A stretch of 64,000 nucleotides of DNA from positions 60,576,001 through 60,640,000 of the forward strand of contig NC_086097.1 in NCBI RefSeq assembly GCF_963921235.1. The letters are read 5' to 3'. The DNA is from Mobula hypostoma. Its lineage: Eukaryota. A model generated the notes under the pieces. It saw nothing but the letters and a program-made list of their open reading frames with translations. It had not been told where the DNA came from and ran no database searches. Shown piece after piece: positions 38,023-47,954 of the stretch (within the stretch, counting starts at the first letter, position 1; each line of letters starts with the position of its first letter). Made by a program: the position numbers and the translations under genes.

Positions 38023-38478
38023 AGTAATAAAATACAAAATAATAACAATACACAATTTTACTTCACCAATGTGCAATAATAATGGAAATAATAAAGCAGA
38101 AACTATTGTACTATGATGTGTGTTCTCCTGTCGCACAGAGATGAACTGTTGTACATGCTTTTTGCATTTAGTAGGCCAGAGTTTCTGTCACAATCCTTGT
38201 GACAGTAGAGCTGAATGAGCGTGTTCGAAAGGGTGCTCTGCTGCTTATTCAGTAGGTCGTGGAGAGGATATGCCCGATTGTCCATAATGGATAACAGTTT
38301 GTTCAGTGACCTCCTCTCCACCACTAACCGGGTTGTAGCCAAGGATGGATCCAGCCTTTTTGATGAGCTATTTAGTTTGTTTTCATCACCAGCACCAATG
38401 CTGCTCCCCTGACATAAATCCGCAAAGAAGACTGCACTTGATACAACAGACTGGTTAAAGATCTCCAACATCCTGCTG

Positions 38479-39015
38479 TGCTCAGAAGAGCACCCGACTG
38501 TGCTCAGTTCTGGTCACCTCACTACAGGAAGGATGTGGAAACCATAGAAAGGGTGCAGAGGAGATTTACAAGGATGTTGCCTGGATTGGGGAGCATGCCT
38601 TATGAGAATAGGCTGAATAAACTTTGCCTTTTCTCCTTGGAGCATCGGAGGATGAGAGGTGACCTGATAAAGGTGCATAAGATGATGAGAGGCGTTGATC
38701 GTGCCAGTAGTCAGAGGCTTTTTCCCAGGGCTGAAATGGCTAACATGACAGTGCACAATTTTAAGGTCCTTGGAAGTAGATGCAGAGGAGATGCCAGGGG
38801 TAAGTTTTTTTATGCAGAGAATGGTGAGTGCATGGAATGGGCTGCCGGCGATGGTGGTGGAAGCGGATACGATAGGTTCTTTTAAGAGACTCCTGGATAG
38901 GTACGTGGTGCTTAGAAAAATAGAGGGCTATGGGTAACCCTAAAGTAAGGACATGTTCAGCATAGCATTGTGGACCTAAGGGCTTGTATTGTGCTGTAGT
39001 TTTTCTATGTTTTCT
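38479..39015 (+). mobile_element. CR1 3' fragment
   Basis: CAQFWSPHYRKDVETIERVQRRFTRMLPG; TSD ATCCTGCTG at 38470-38478 and 39016-39024. Confidence 0.92.
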
Positions 39016-40419
39016 ATCCTGCTGCACACATTGAAGGATCTCAGCTTCCTTAGAAAACAGAGTCTGCTCTATCCTCTTCTTGTAAACAGCCTTGTTGTTG
39101 GCTTGAGATGGTTGCAACATGATTTGCCAGTTTTTATACTCAACGCCCTGAGCATCTGTTGTTTAGTAATTTTGCAGTTTTTACCTTTGACAATGCATTT
39201 TCTGAAGTCCTGATTATTCAACAGTTAAAGGCTAAGTGCCAGTGAATTCATTCAGAATTCTTGACTTTTGCCATCAAGATCCAGCCAAGTAGGTTTACTA
39301 AAGAACAACTTTAAGTACAGTATGACTCAAATCGCCAAACAACTTAAAATAAGGTTCAGTCTGTTGATACATTAAACTCTAAATTAAAGTGCAGGTTCAC
39401 ATGTAAATTTGGATGTAAATGTAGTTTTAAATGAGAATATGTATGTACATATAGCTCTTTGCTCTGTAGACAGTTTAGATACTCCAATAAATGAACCGGT
39501 GGGCAAGAATTATAAAACCAGAGCTTATCTGGGAACAGAGAAATAGCCAACAATAGAACAAGGTGGTGGAAAACAACACTCCTGCCCCACTGTAATATTG
39601 ATGTTGAAGATTCAGTCGGGGTTGAGATTTACAATGATTGCTATAGTGTACACCTCTCATTTTTATGCTAATTTAGAGAGGCAGCTGGAAAGACTTCAGG
39701 TGGATGGACACATTGAGAATATTCCACTGAAAGCTTTATTTTTATTGAAGAAGTGAAAATGCATAGAAACAGTAGGATTTTCAATAAGCTGCTTTTGTTA
39801 TCTTTGGAGTCTTTAGCAATCTTTGTACTAATCCCACAAGTAGAAATTTGAAATTCATCTGAGTGCATGCCTGGGCTGTAAGATGAACAGCTGTAATGGA
39901 AGAGTGACAAGATGTGGCAGCTACTAGTTCTGTCAGAAATTGAACACTTGTGCCAGCTGACTACAGAGTGAGCTGCTGCTCCTCAGATTATAATGCAAAT
40001 TGAGACTATGAAATATCCAGGCAATGGACTGAAATGAGAAACAGTTTGTGGTAATTGCAGCCTTTGCAGTTTTCCATAACTAAAATGTTTATTCACATCC
40101 TCAATTGCAATAACGATGTGCCTAATACTACATATCAATAATAAAAATGCAATAACATTCTAAGCTGCATATCAAACTCACTGATAAAGGTGCTCAGCTA
40201 CATAATCTCTCAACCCTGTAAATAACTGATTGTGATGCTCTGTTTATTTTTTAAGGGACCGAAGTCTTCTTGGTGAATTATGCTCGGAAAAAACAGGCAA
40301 TTCTGATATTAATAGTCTTAATTCTGGAAGCTACTGCCAGCATGAAGAACTCTCCTGCAAACAGTTGACCAATGCAGCAATACAGTTTGTTGTATTTTAT
40401 TTATGTCATTTTTTATTTT

Positions 40420-40670
40420 GAGATTCAGTGCAGAACAGGTTCTTCTGGACCAACAAGCAGCACCACCTAGCAGCCGACTTATTTAACTCTGGCCTAACTA
40501 CAGGGCAATTTACAATGACCGATTAACCTACTAACCGGTACACCTTTGAACTGTGGGATGACACCAGAAACACTGGGAGAACATATTAACTCCTTATAAA
40601 CAGCATTAAAATTGAACTCCAAACTCCAACATCACAAGCTGTGATAGTGTCACACTACTGTGGTGCCCTA
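40420..40670 (-). mobile_element. V-SINE (HE1-like), decayed
   Basis: CAATTTACAATGACCGATTAACCTACTAACC..TTTGAACTGTGGGA, homologous to 33130-33340. Confidence 0.6.
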
Positions 40671-41099
40671 AATTCTTGCAATCAATAACTCATCTTTGCC
40701 TTGCAAGTTCATTCCTGACTTCTTTTAGTACCAATGACTTTATAATTATGCCGGGATTTGGTTTGCAATACCGAAAGTACAATGTAGTGCTTGCAGAATT
40801 TATAAATGAACACAAAGTCTGAACCTGCTGACAAAATAATAGCAAGGCCGATGACGTGTGGTGCTGTAAAGCTGGTAAATTGTAGAGCATCTGCAAGTGG
40901 TAAGTCAGTCATGCTTTATGGTTAAATTTACATAAGGCACAATTCTTTGCCCCGGTTACATATCCCAAACTTTAACCCGCCATTTTCTTTTAATCAGGAA
41001 CTTGCTCCACTTGATCTTGAACTACCCATTAAACTTGATTTTGAAAGGTAGCTATTGACATTATAACCATTTGCAACCAGTCGATATTTACCAAATAAA

Positions 41100-41455
41100 T
41101 GCCAGAGGCCACTTTATTAGGTACACGGGTATACTTGTTTGTGAATGCAAATACCTATTCAGCTAATCATGTGGCAGCAATTCAATGTGTAAAAACATGC
41201 AGACATGGTCAAGAGGTCCATTTGTTGTTCAGACCAAACATCAGAATGGAGAAATACTGTGATCCAAGTGATTTTGACAGGAGAATGCTTGTTTGTGCCA
41301 AATGGGGTGGTTTGACTTATTCAGAAAACACTGATCTACTAGGATTCTCACACACAACAGTCTCTAAAGTTTACAGAGAATAGTTAAAAAAAACAAACAA
41401 AAAGACATCCAGTGAGTGACAGTTCTGTGAGCAAAAATGGCTTGTTAACGAGAGA
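41100..41455 (+). mobile_element. Tc1-like DNA transposon 5' fragment
   Basis: GGCCACTTTATTAGGTACAC end region and a paired-like HTH: CDPSDFDRRMLVCAKWGGLTYSENTDLLGFSHTTVSKVYRE. Confidence 0.8.
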
Positions 41456-41518
41456 GCAACACACATCAAAGTCGCTGGTGAACGCAGCAGGCCAGGCAGC
41501 ATCTCTAGGAAGAGGTAC

Positions 41519-41554
41519 AGTCGATGTTTCAGGCTGAGACCCTTCGTCAGGACT
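41519..41554 (-). ncRNA. Minimal hammerhead ribozyme motif
   Basis: AGUC CUGACGA AGGGUCUCAGCCU GAAA CAUC GACU; the helix III palindrome is broken by a CpG-type change. Confidence 0.65.
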
Positions 41555-41907
41555 AACTGAAGGAAGAGTTAGTAAGAGATTTGAAAGTGGGAGGGGGAGG
41601 GGGAGATCCAAAATGATAGGAGAAGACAGGAGGGAGAGGGATGGAGAGAGTCTGAGTCAAAATGTGGTCGAAAAGTTGAAGAGCTGAAGAAATTACAGAT
41701 GGGGAGCAGTGAGAGATGGTTTCACTGAACTCCCGTGGAAGAGAGGATTTAAACTTCTTTGGTATAGGCATCACCGGAAGAGATTTCGCAGTAGTGAATT
41801 TAAAAACGCAAACAACAGGAATTCTGCAGATGCTGGAAATTCAAGCAACGCACATCAAAGTTGCTGGTGAACGCAGCAGGCCAGGCAGCACCTCTAGGAA
41901 GAGGTAC

Positions 41908-41943
41908 GGTTGACGTTTCAGGCCGAGACCCTTCGTCAGGACT
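41908..41943 (-). ncRNA. Minimal hammerhead ribozyme motif
   Basis: AGUC CUGACGA AGGGUCUCGGCCU GAAA CGUC AACC; core intact, stem I weakened. Confidence 0.65.
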
Positions 41944-44807
41944 AACTGAAGGAAGAATTAGTAAGAGATTTGAAAGTGGGAGGGGGAGGGGGAGATCCAA
42001 AATGATAGGAGAAGACAGGAGGGGGAGGGATGGAGTGAGTCTGAGTCAAAATCCTGTCTTCTCCTATCATTTTGGATCTCCCCCTCCCCCTCCCACATTC
42101 AAATCTCTTAAGTATTGATTAAAGAAGGTAATACGATTGTTACTGAAATAAAGAAGGATGAGTTACTGACTCGGTCATTTGCTGCAATTCATAATCAAGA
42201 TAATTTAAGTGAAGAGGCTAAACAATGTAGGGGTAAGGTTCTAAATAAATATTCTGATGAGTTTGAAACCAGCTGAGTAATGATAGTATTAGTGATGTAG
42301 AGTTTTCTTTGTGTGAATTTAAGAAAGCTATTAATAGTACAGATGACTCCAGGAAGGGATGATATGTGTTATTGTATATTTAAACATACTGTATGGCCGG
42401 CAACTCTCTTAAGATAATATGAAGATTTTTAAATCATATTTGGAATTTAGGCCATCTTCCCTCCTCATGGAAAATGGCGGTAGTAGTGCCTATTCTAAAA
42501 CCTGGAAAAAAAATCCCGTTGGATCCTTCTAGTTATAGAACAATATCACTAATGTCCCGTTAGTGCTAACTTATGGGATGTATGGTAATAGAGCAGTTGA
42601 TTTATACTTTGGAAAAAAAGAGGTGATACAGCATTTTATCAGAGCGGATTTCAGAAGGATAGAATGACATTGGATTCAGTTTGGAAGATGATATTAGGAA
42701 AGCACGGGTAAATAAAGAAGTTGTAATAGAAGTATTTTTGATATAGTAAAAGTATATATGTTAAGGAGGGAGGGTATTTTAATTAAATTATGGAAATTAG
42801 GAGTGAGCAGAAGACTATATAATTTTTTGCTGAGTTTTTTATTTGGACAGTCTATGCAAGTAAGCGGGGGAAGGTATGCAGGTAAAGGTATATTCAGGCT
42901 TCTGTGAGATAGAAAATAGGACTCCACAAGGCACTATTTGTTCCCCTTTGTCGTTTAATATTATGATTAATGATGATTTCTCTGAGATTGCTATTGGGGT
43001 GGGTAAATCACTTTTTGCAGATGATGGAACTTTATGGATCAGAGGAAAAACATCCAATTTTACTGTATATAGGATGCAATTAGCAATTAATAAATTCGAA
43101 CAGTGGCCAGATAAATGAGATTCTAAGCTTTCAGTAGCTAAAATGCAAGTTATATATTTTACAAAGAGGATCAATAGACATGCACTTGATTTGAAATTAT
43201 ATAGTCAAACTCTTGAAGAAGAGACAGTGGTAAGATTTCTTGGCATGTGGCTGGATAATAAACTGACATGGAAGCATCATATCAGTAAGATAACTGACAA
43301 ATGTAAAGGGGCATTAAATATCCTTAAGTGTCTATGTGGGTATTCTTGGAGTGCTACTCGAAAATCTCTGTTACACATATATATTTGTTTAATTAAATCG
43401 GTACTGTACTATGGCTGTGTAGCTTATGGATCAGTGTCGTCTTCAAATTTAAAATGTTTGGATGTGATACAAGCACAGGCTTTAGGACTGTGTTGTGGTG
43501 CAGTAAGGTCATCTCCTGTTTCAGCTTTATTGGTTGAAATGGGATAATTACCCTTACAGTTGCAGAGGGTGAAGTTGTTGTTAACATACTGGGTTAACTT
43601 GAGGGGGCAGTGTGTTGGAAGACTTGGGAGCATCACAAGAAGAGTGTTTTTAGTTTTGGGTGGCTGGGTTCTCATCACGCTAGGATTATGGGTTTGTTGG
43701 ATTATTTACTTTGTCCCATTGTAGCTTTTTTGGTAACACCGCCGTGTTTTTTTCCCAATGGCTTTAATTCATTTTAGGTTGCATGTTTTAATGAAATCCA
43801 AGGACCCTGATATGCCTGAGTGTCTGTTGTTTCACCAGTATGTTGAGAAAAGATATTGCGATATGTTAACCATTTTTACTGATGGATCAAAAGATAATTT
43901 AACAGGGAATGTTGATGTGGCTGATTTTGTGCCTGAATTACAGGTACTAATAAAGAAACGTCTTACTAACTATTTATCAGTGTACACTGCAGAACTGGTT
44001 GCCATCATTCTAAGCTTACAGTGCGTGGAGGAAACCTATCCTTGCAAAGTTCTAATTTGTTCAGAACCTTTTCCTTTTTGAATAGTCTTAAAACAGGTCA
44101 TTCTAACAGTAGGTCAGATTTACTGCTAGAAGCTCTTCAAACTTTATTTCACATTCAAAATATTGGTCGACATTACTGCTTCGTATGGGTGCCCGCACAC
44201 AGAGGTGTTGAGGGAAATGAACTGGCTGATCGTTTGGCCAAAAAAGCTGTTAAAAGTTCACCTGTGGATATAGGCCTTCAATTTAGCAAATCAGAAGCTA
44301 AGGGGTCGGCGGGGCTGAGAATTAGGGGATTATGGCAGGACCTGTGGGATTCTGGGCACAAGGGGAGACCTCTTTACTGAATACACAAAACTGTTGGGTT
44401 GATGGGAGAAGGGGGTAAAACGAGAACGGAAGAAATTATATTGACTCAATTTAGAATTGGGAATACTAAGCTTAATTATTCCTTGTATCTTGCTGGAAAA
44501 CATCACTCTGGGGCATGTAGGTTTTGTCATCATTATGAAACAGTTGAACATATTCTTTTACAATGTGAAGCATTTAAGGTTGAAAGAGAGAAAATGCAGG
44601 CTGCATTGCTAGCTTTGTGAGTTGATGATCTTCATTTAAAAACTACTAAGTTATGGAAGTGACTTTAATTTAATTCACAATCTTGTCTTTTGTTATTTAA
44701 AATCTATAAGGCTTTAGGGTAATTTAGTTTTCAGTTGATAAAGAACTAATAGGAGTTCTATTTCTCAGCTCTCTACATCGCACTCTAGTCCAGTTGGTGG
44801 TGGTAAT

Positions 44808-45033
44808 TTAAACGCAAACAACAGGAATTCTGCAGATGCCGGAAATTCAAGCAACATACATCAAAGTTGCTGGTGAACGCAGCAGGCCAAGCAGCATCTG
44901 TAGGAAGAGGTGCAGTCGACGTTTCAGGCCGATCCAGTTAGTCCTGACGAAGCGTCTCGGCCTGAAACGTCGACTGCACCTCTTCCTACAGATGCTGCTT
45001 GGCCTGCTGCGTTCACCAGCAACTTTGATGTAT
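44808..45033. mobile_element. Inverted pLTR pair (Penelope-type) with 15-bp TSD
   Basis: 81-bp perfect arms 44852-44932 / 44957-45037; TSD GTTGGTGGTGGTAAT at 44793-44807 and 45034-45048. Confidence 0.9.
44940..44975 (+). ncRNA. Minimal hammerhead ribozyme motif
   Basis: AGUC CUGACGA AGCGUCUCGGCCU GAAA CGUC GACU; one substitution in stem II. Confidence 0.7.
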
Positions 45034-45254
45034 GTTGGTGGTGGTAATGCTCCTTTAAATTAGACTACCAACTGCCATTAAAGGTCAGAAGAGGACGGTC
45101 CCTTAATCTGCTTCGGCAATTATTGGGTCAATCTGGGGTGCCGAAATTGTCGCATATTCTGGCACCTGCAGTCAGGATGGTTAAGTCATGTAGGCCCTTG
45201 GTAAACTTTCAAATTAAAACTGGTTTGGGAGGCAGGATCTGATCCCTGTTATGG

Positions 45255-45331
45255 CTCCATTACAATAGGTGATTGTAATGCACCTTCCTAATAGGTGTGA
45301 GCTGCCATTAGCATAAAAGAAGAAGAAGAAG
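45255..45331 (+). mobile_element. Second I-clade 3' terminal fragment
   Basis: CAATAGGTGATTGTAATGCACC..CTGCCATT..(AAG)n tail, similar to 44785-45095. Confidence 0.5.
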
Positions 45332-45959
45332 TCGAGTCTCCTCCCTGAGACTGGAAGCAACAACAAGCAGGATGCGTTAAAGAATGTCACTGTCCTGGAG
45401 CGTGCAGGTACAAGCACACGTGTTCATTCTGCGTGTTAGCCTATCCTGTGCACCCAATAAGCATAGTATCAGCACTGGCAGGCAGGGTTATTGAGAATTA
45501 CAGGGCTACTGGGGTGGGGGGAGGGAGAAAGAAAGAAATTACTTGTGGCAGACCTGCTCTGTCATACTGGGCCATGCAACAGGTCGATTCTAGGAATATG
45601 CTGGAAGAGTGGAGAGTAAGATAAACACTTAAAGCCAACCTCAAGAAAAAATAAATTAAGTTATTGTTCTAAATTTAATGTTGATTTAAACTGCACTTTC
45701 AGTTAATTAATTCAGAACTTGGCCATTATTTTTCAGATATTGCCCTACATTCACATGTCTGAGTCCATGTTTGTAACTGTGAAGCCATTTTACTTAATCA
45801 TGGCAAATGTTTCCCCAGAGCAGATCTGATACTGGTGGACAACAGCTGGTGGTTGGCAGGGGACATCGATGCATTGAACTTATTCCTTCAGAACAATGTA
45901 CTTTATTTTATTCAGCCTCATTTCAGTTAATTGTGTATGATAGTCAGATAACAATGAAA

Positions 45960-46900
45960 ATTAAAGGGGTAGAGAAGTATTACTAGACTAGTAATCAAAG
46001 AATCAGACTAATGATCCAGAAATGATTTGAAATCCCATCATGGCAGCTGGAGCATTTAATTACTGTTAATTAAATAAAAACCTTGGAATAAGCAGCTAGT
46101 ATCAGTGAGTGTGATTAAACTTACTTGGTTTACTGATATCCTTTAGGAAAAGAAACCTACAGTTTGCTCTAAGTGCAACTCCAGATCAAGTCCAACTGGT
46201 TGATTCTTAATTGCTCTCAAGCACCTGAGTAAACCACTCACTTTTATCAAATTGGTGTAAATATCCATAATAAGCATGAAATTCGATCAGTTAGCTGGGT
46301 TAAACCTATGGAGCAAATGCCACGATGAGACAGCTAGCTTGATTAATCTTACAAAGCCACCTCCAGAATATCAGGGCTTGGGTCAAAACTTGAAGGATAG
46401 TTCAGAGTAGTCAAATAATTGAGTATGGTCACATTCAAGGAATCAAATTCTTTAGCCAATATCCAGTCACTCTCCATCATAATCCTTGGATATATCCTGT
46501 CACCTTTACAGCAGTGCTGCCAGTGATGAAAGTGACTCTGTGGGTCACCAACTTTTGCTATCAAGTCTCAAGGCATCGGGTCACAGTTGAACAAAGAAAT
46601 CTCCAAGTCGACTTTTTTAACGTCCATCAACAAAGGTGGCTTATTGGCGGCAACACCGCTGAGCTGGCTGTGACTTAGAGGACTCAGCCTTTTTTCCAAA
46701 AGAGGATGGTTGTAAATCAGCCATATTGAATCTGTTGCCAGTAGCAAGGCAACCAACGTGATTAACTAACCTCTTCAACATTTTACTCTCAAATTTGTCA
46801 CAGATACATATGGCTGTGTCTGTATTGCTAGGAGAGGTCACTACACATTTCCACTCCACCTCCCCACCACATCATGCAATTTGGCATTGTTTCAATGTTA
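45960..46900 (+). mobile_element. Old LINE 5' region (tRNA-like head plus decayed APE endonuclease)
   Basis: Head TACTAGACTAGTAATC..GAAATCCCATCATGGCAGCTGG, then degenerate EN blocks (GTCACATTCAAGGAATCA; TTTAACGTCCATCAACAAAGGTGGCT; ATTGCTAGGAGAGGTCACTAC). Family recalled from memory only. Confidence 0.5.
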
Positions 46901-47954
46901 ACTGAGTTCAATTTGGGCATCTTAATACTGGCATCTGTGAACTGAAGTAGAGGGATCAGTGTAGTATTATTGGCATGGGTGAGAAAACAGGTTATGGGGA
47001 TATATTGTGAAGGAATGGAACAAAAGCTATTGTTATTTTGAAAAACCAATGTACGTTTGTATATGGCTTGGGAGCTTCCGATATTGCAAGGGTTATTCTA
47101 GGAGATGGGATAACATTTGATGGGCTGAATGGCTTCTATTTTATCATTAAAGAAAGCAAGGTATAAGAAATCACAGCAGACAATTCTCAGCTTATTTGAT
47201 TCAATCCTCATAATTTTAAGGTAGGAATGAATGTACTGAATACATCATAGACATTGGTCGGAATGAAGTCCCAGTTTAATATGGAAAATTGCCCTGCAGA
47301 ACAATTCATATCCCCAGCCAAGCAACAAAGCTCAGTGCTGGATTAGCTCAGACTTAGTTGGAATGAATGCAGCCTCGCAAATCGTTGTTACCATGTGGCC
47401 CCAACTATCTGCTCAGTAGTTAAATGCCAATACGCTGTTGGCTTCTAAATAAAGTTCTAGTTCACCTGGAATGATGCAGTTGTGGTAGAAAGCCAAAACT
47501 CTTAAAAAGTTCTCACAGCAAACCCTATGTGTTAAAAGGGTCTTTTGCATCATAACTCAATCACAGGAGAGTAGTCGGAGCAGGACAGGCCCAGGCAACA
47601 AAAGAGTTGAACTTTTTTTGTCATCAGGCTAATCGACATCACCGACTTAACCAGAACAGTCAGAGCTGCCAAATACTTACAGACATAGAAATTCACTGCT
47701 GCTCAGTAGTTGAAATGGTAGATTGTATATTGCTTTGAAATTCATTCCTCCAAGGTCAGTGTTATTATGTAGTCCTACTGAGCAGGAATGGGGCTGAATT
47801 TTAAATGTTTTTGAGCTGCATTTACACATGCTGAAGTAGTAGAAATTCCCCAGCACAATGATGGCACAGTGAATGCTTAGCCGTTCATTGCAATAAAGGG
47901 AAATGCAATGTGGCACATTTTGTATATTTTTGATACTTTAAGATACTTAGTTGC

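Larger units (their letters stand above)
37665..39110 (-). mobile_element. Rex1-like LINE 3' portion hosting a SINE and a CR1
   Basis: ORF 38103-38471 (MLEIFNQSVVSSAVFFA..KLLSIMDNRAYPLHDLL) is homologous to 63030-63446; (TAT)n tail. Confidence 0.8.
41456..42110 (-). mobile_element. Tandem Penelope-derived mini-element (389-bp period) with two hammerheads and a terminal inverted segment
   Basis: 41462 onward repeats at 41851. The junction GAGTCTGAGTCAAAAT occurs at 41648 and 42037. 42052-42110 is the reverse complement of 41962-42020 with 1 mismatch. Confidence 0.85.
42111..45095 (+). mobile_element. I-clade (I/Nimb-like) LINE ORF2 remnant with RT, RNase H and CCHC
   Basis: TPQGTICSPL, LFADDG, RNase H FTDGSKD..YTAEL..WVPAHRGVEGNELADRLAK, zinc finger CRFCHHYETVEHILLQC, and a 3' end GGTGGTGGTAATGC. 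Confidence 0.88.

Noticed and set aside
46349..46859. Minus-strand ORFs as host exons
   Set aside because: The region is better explained as the antisense of a decayed LINE endonuclease, and the frame has an internal stop.
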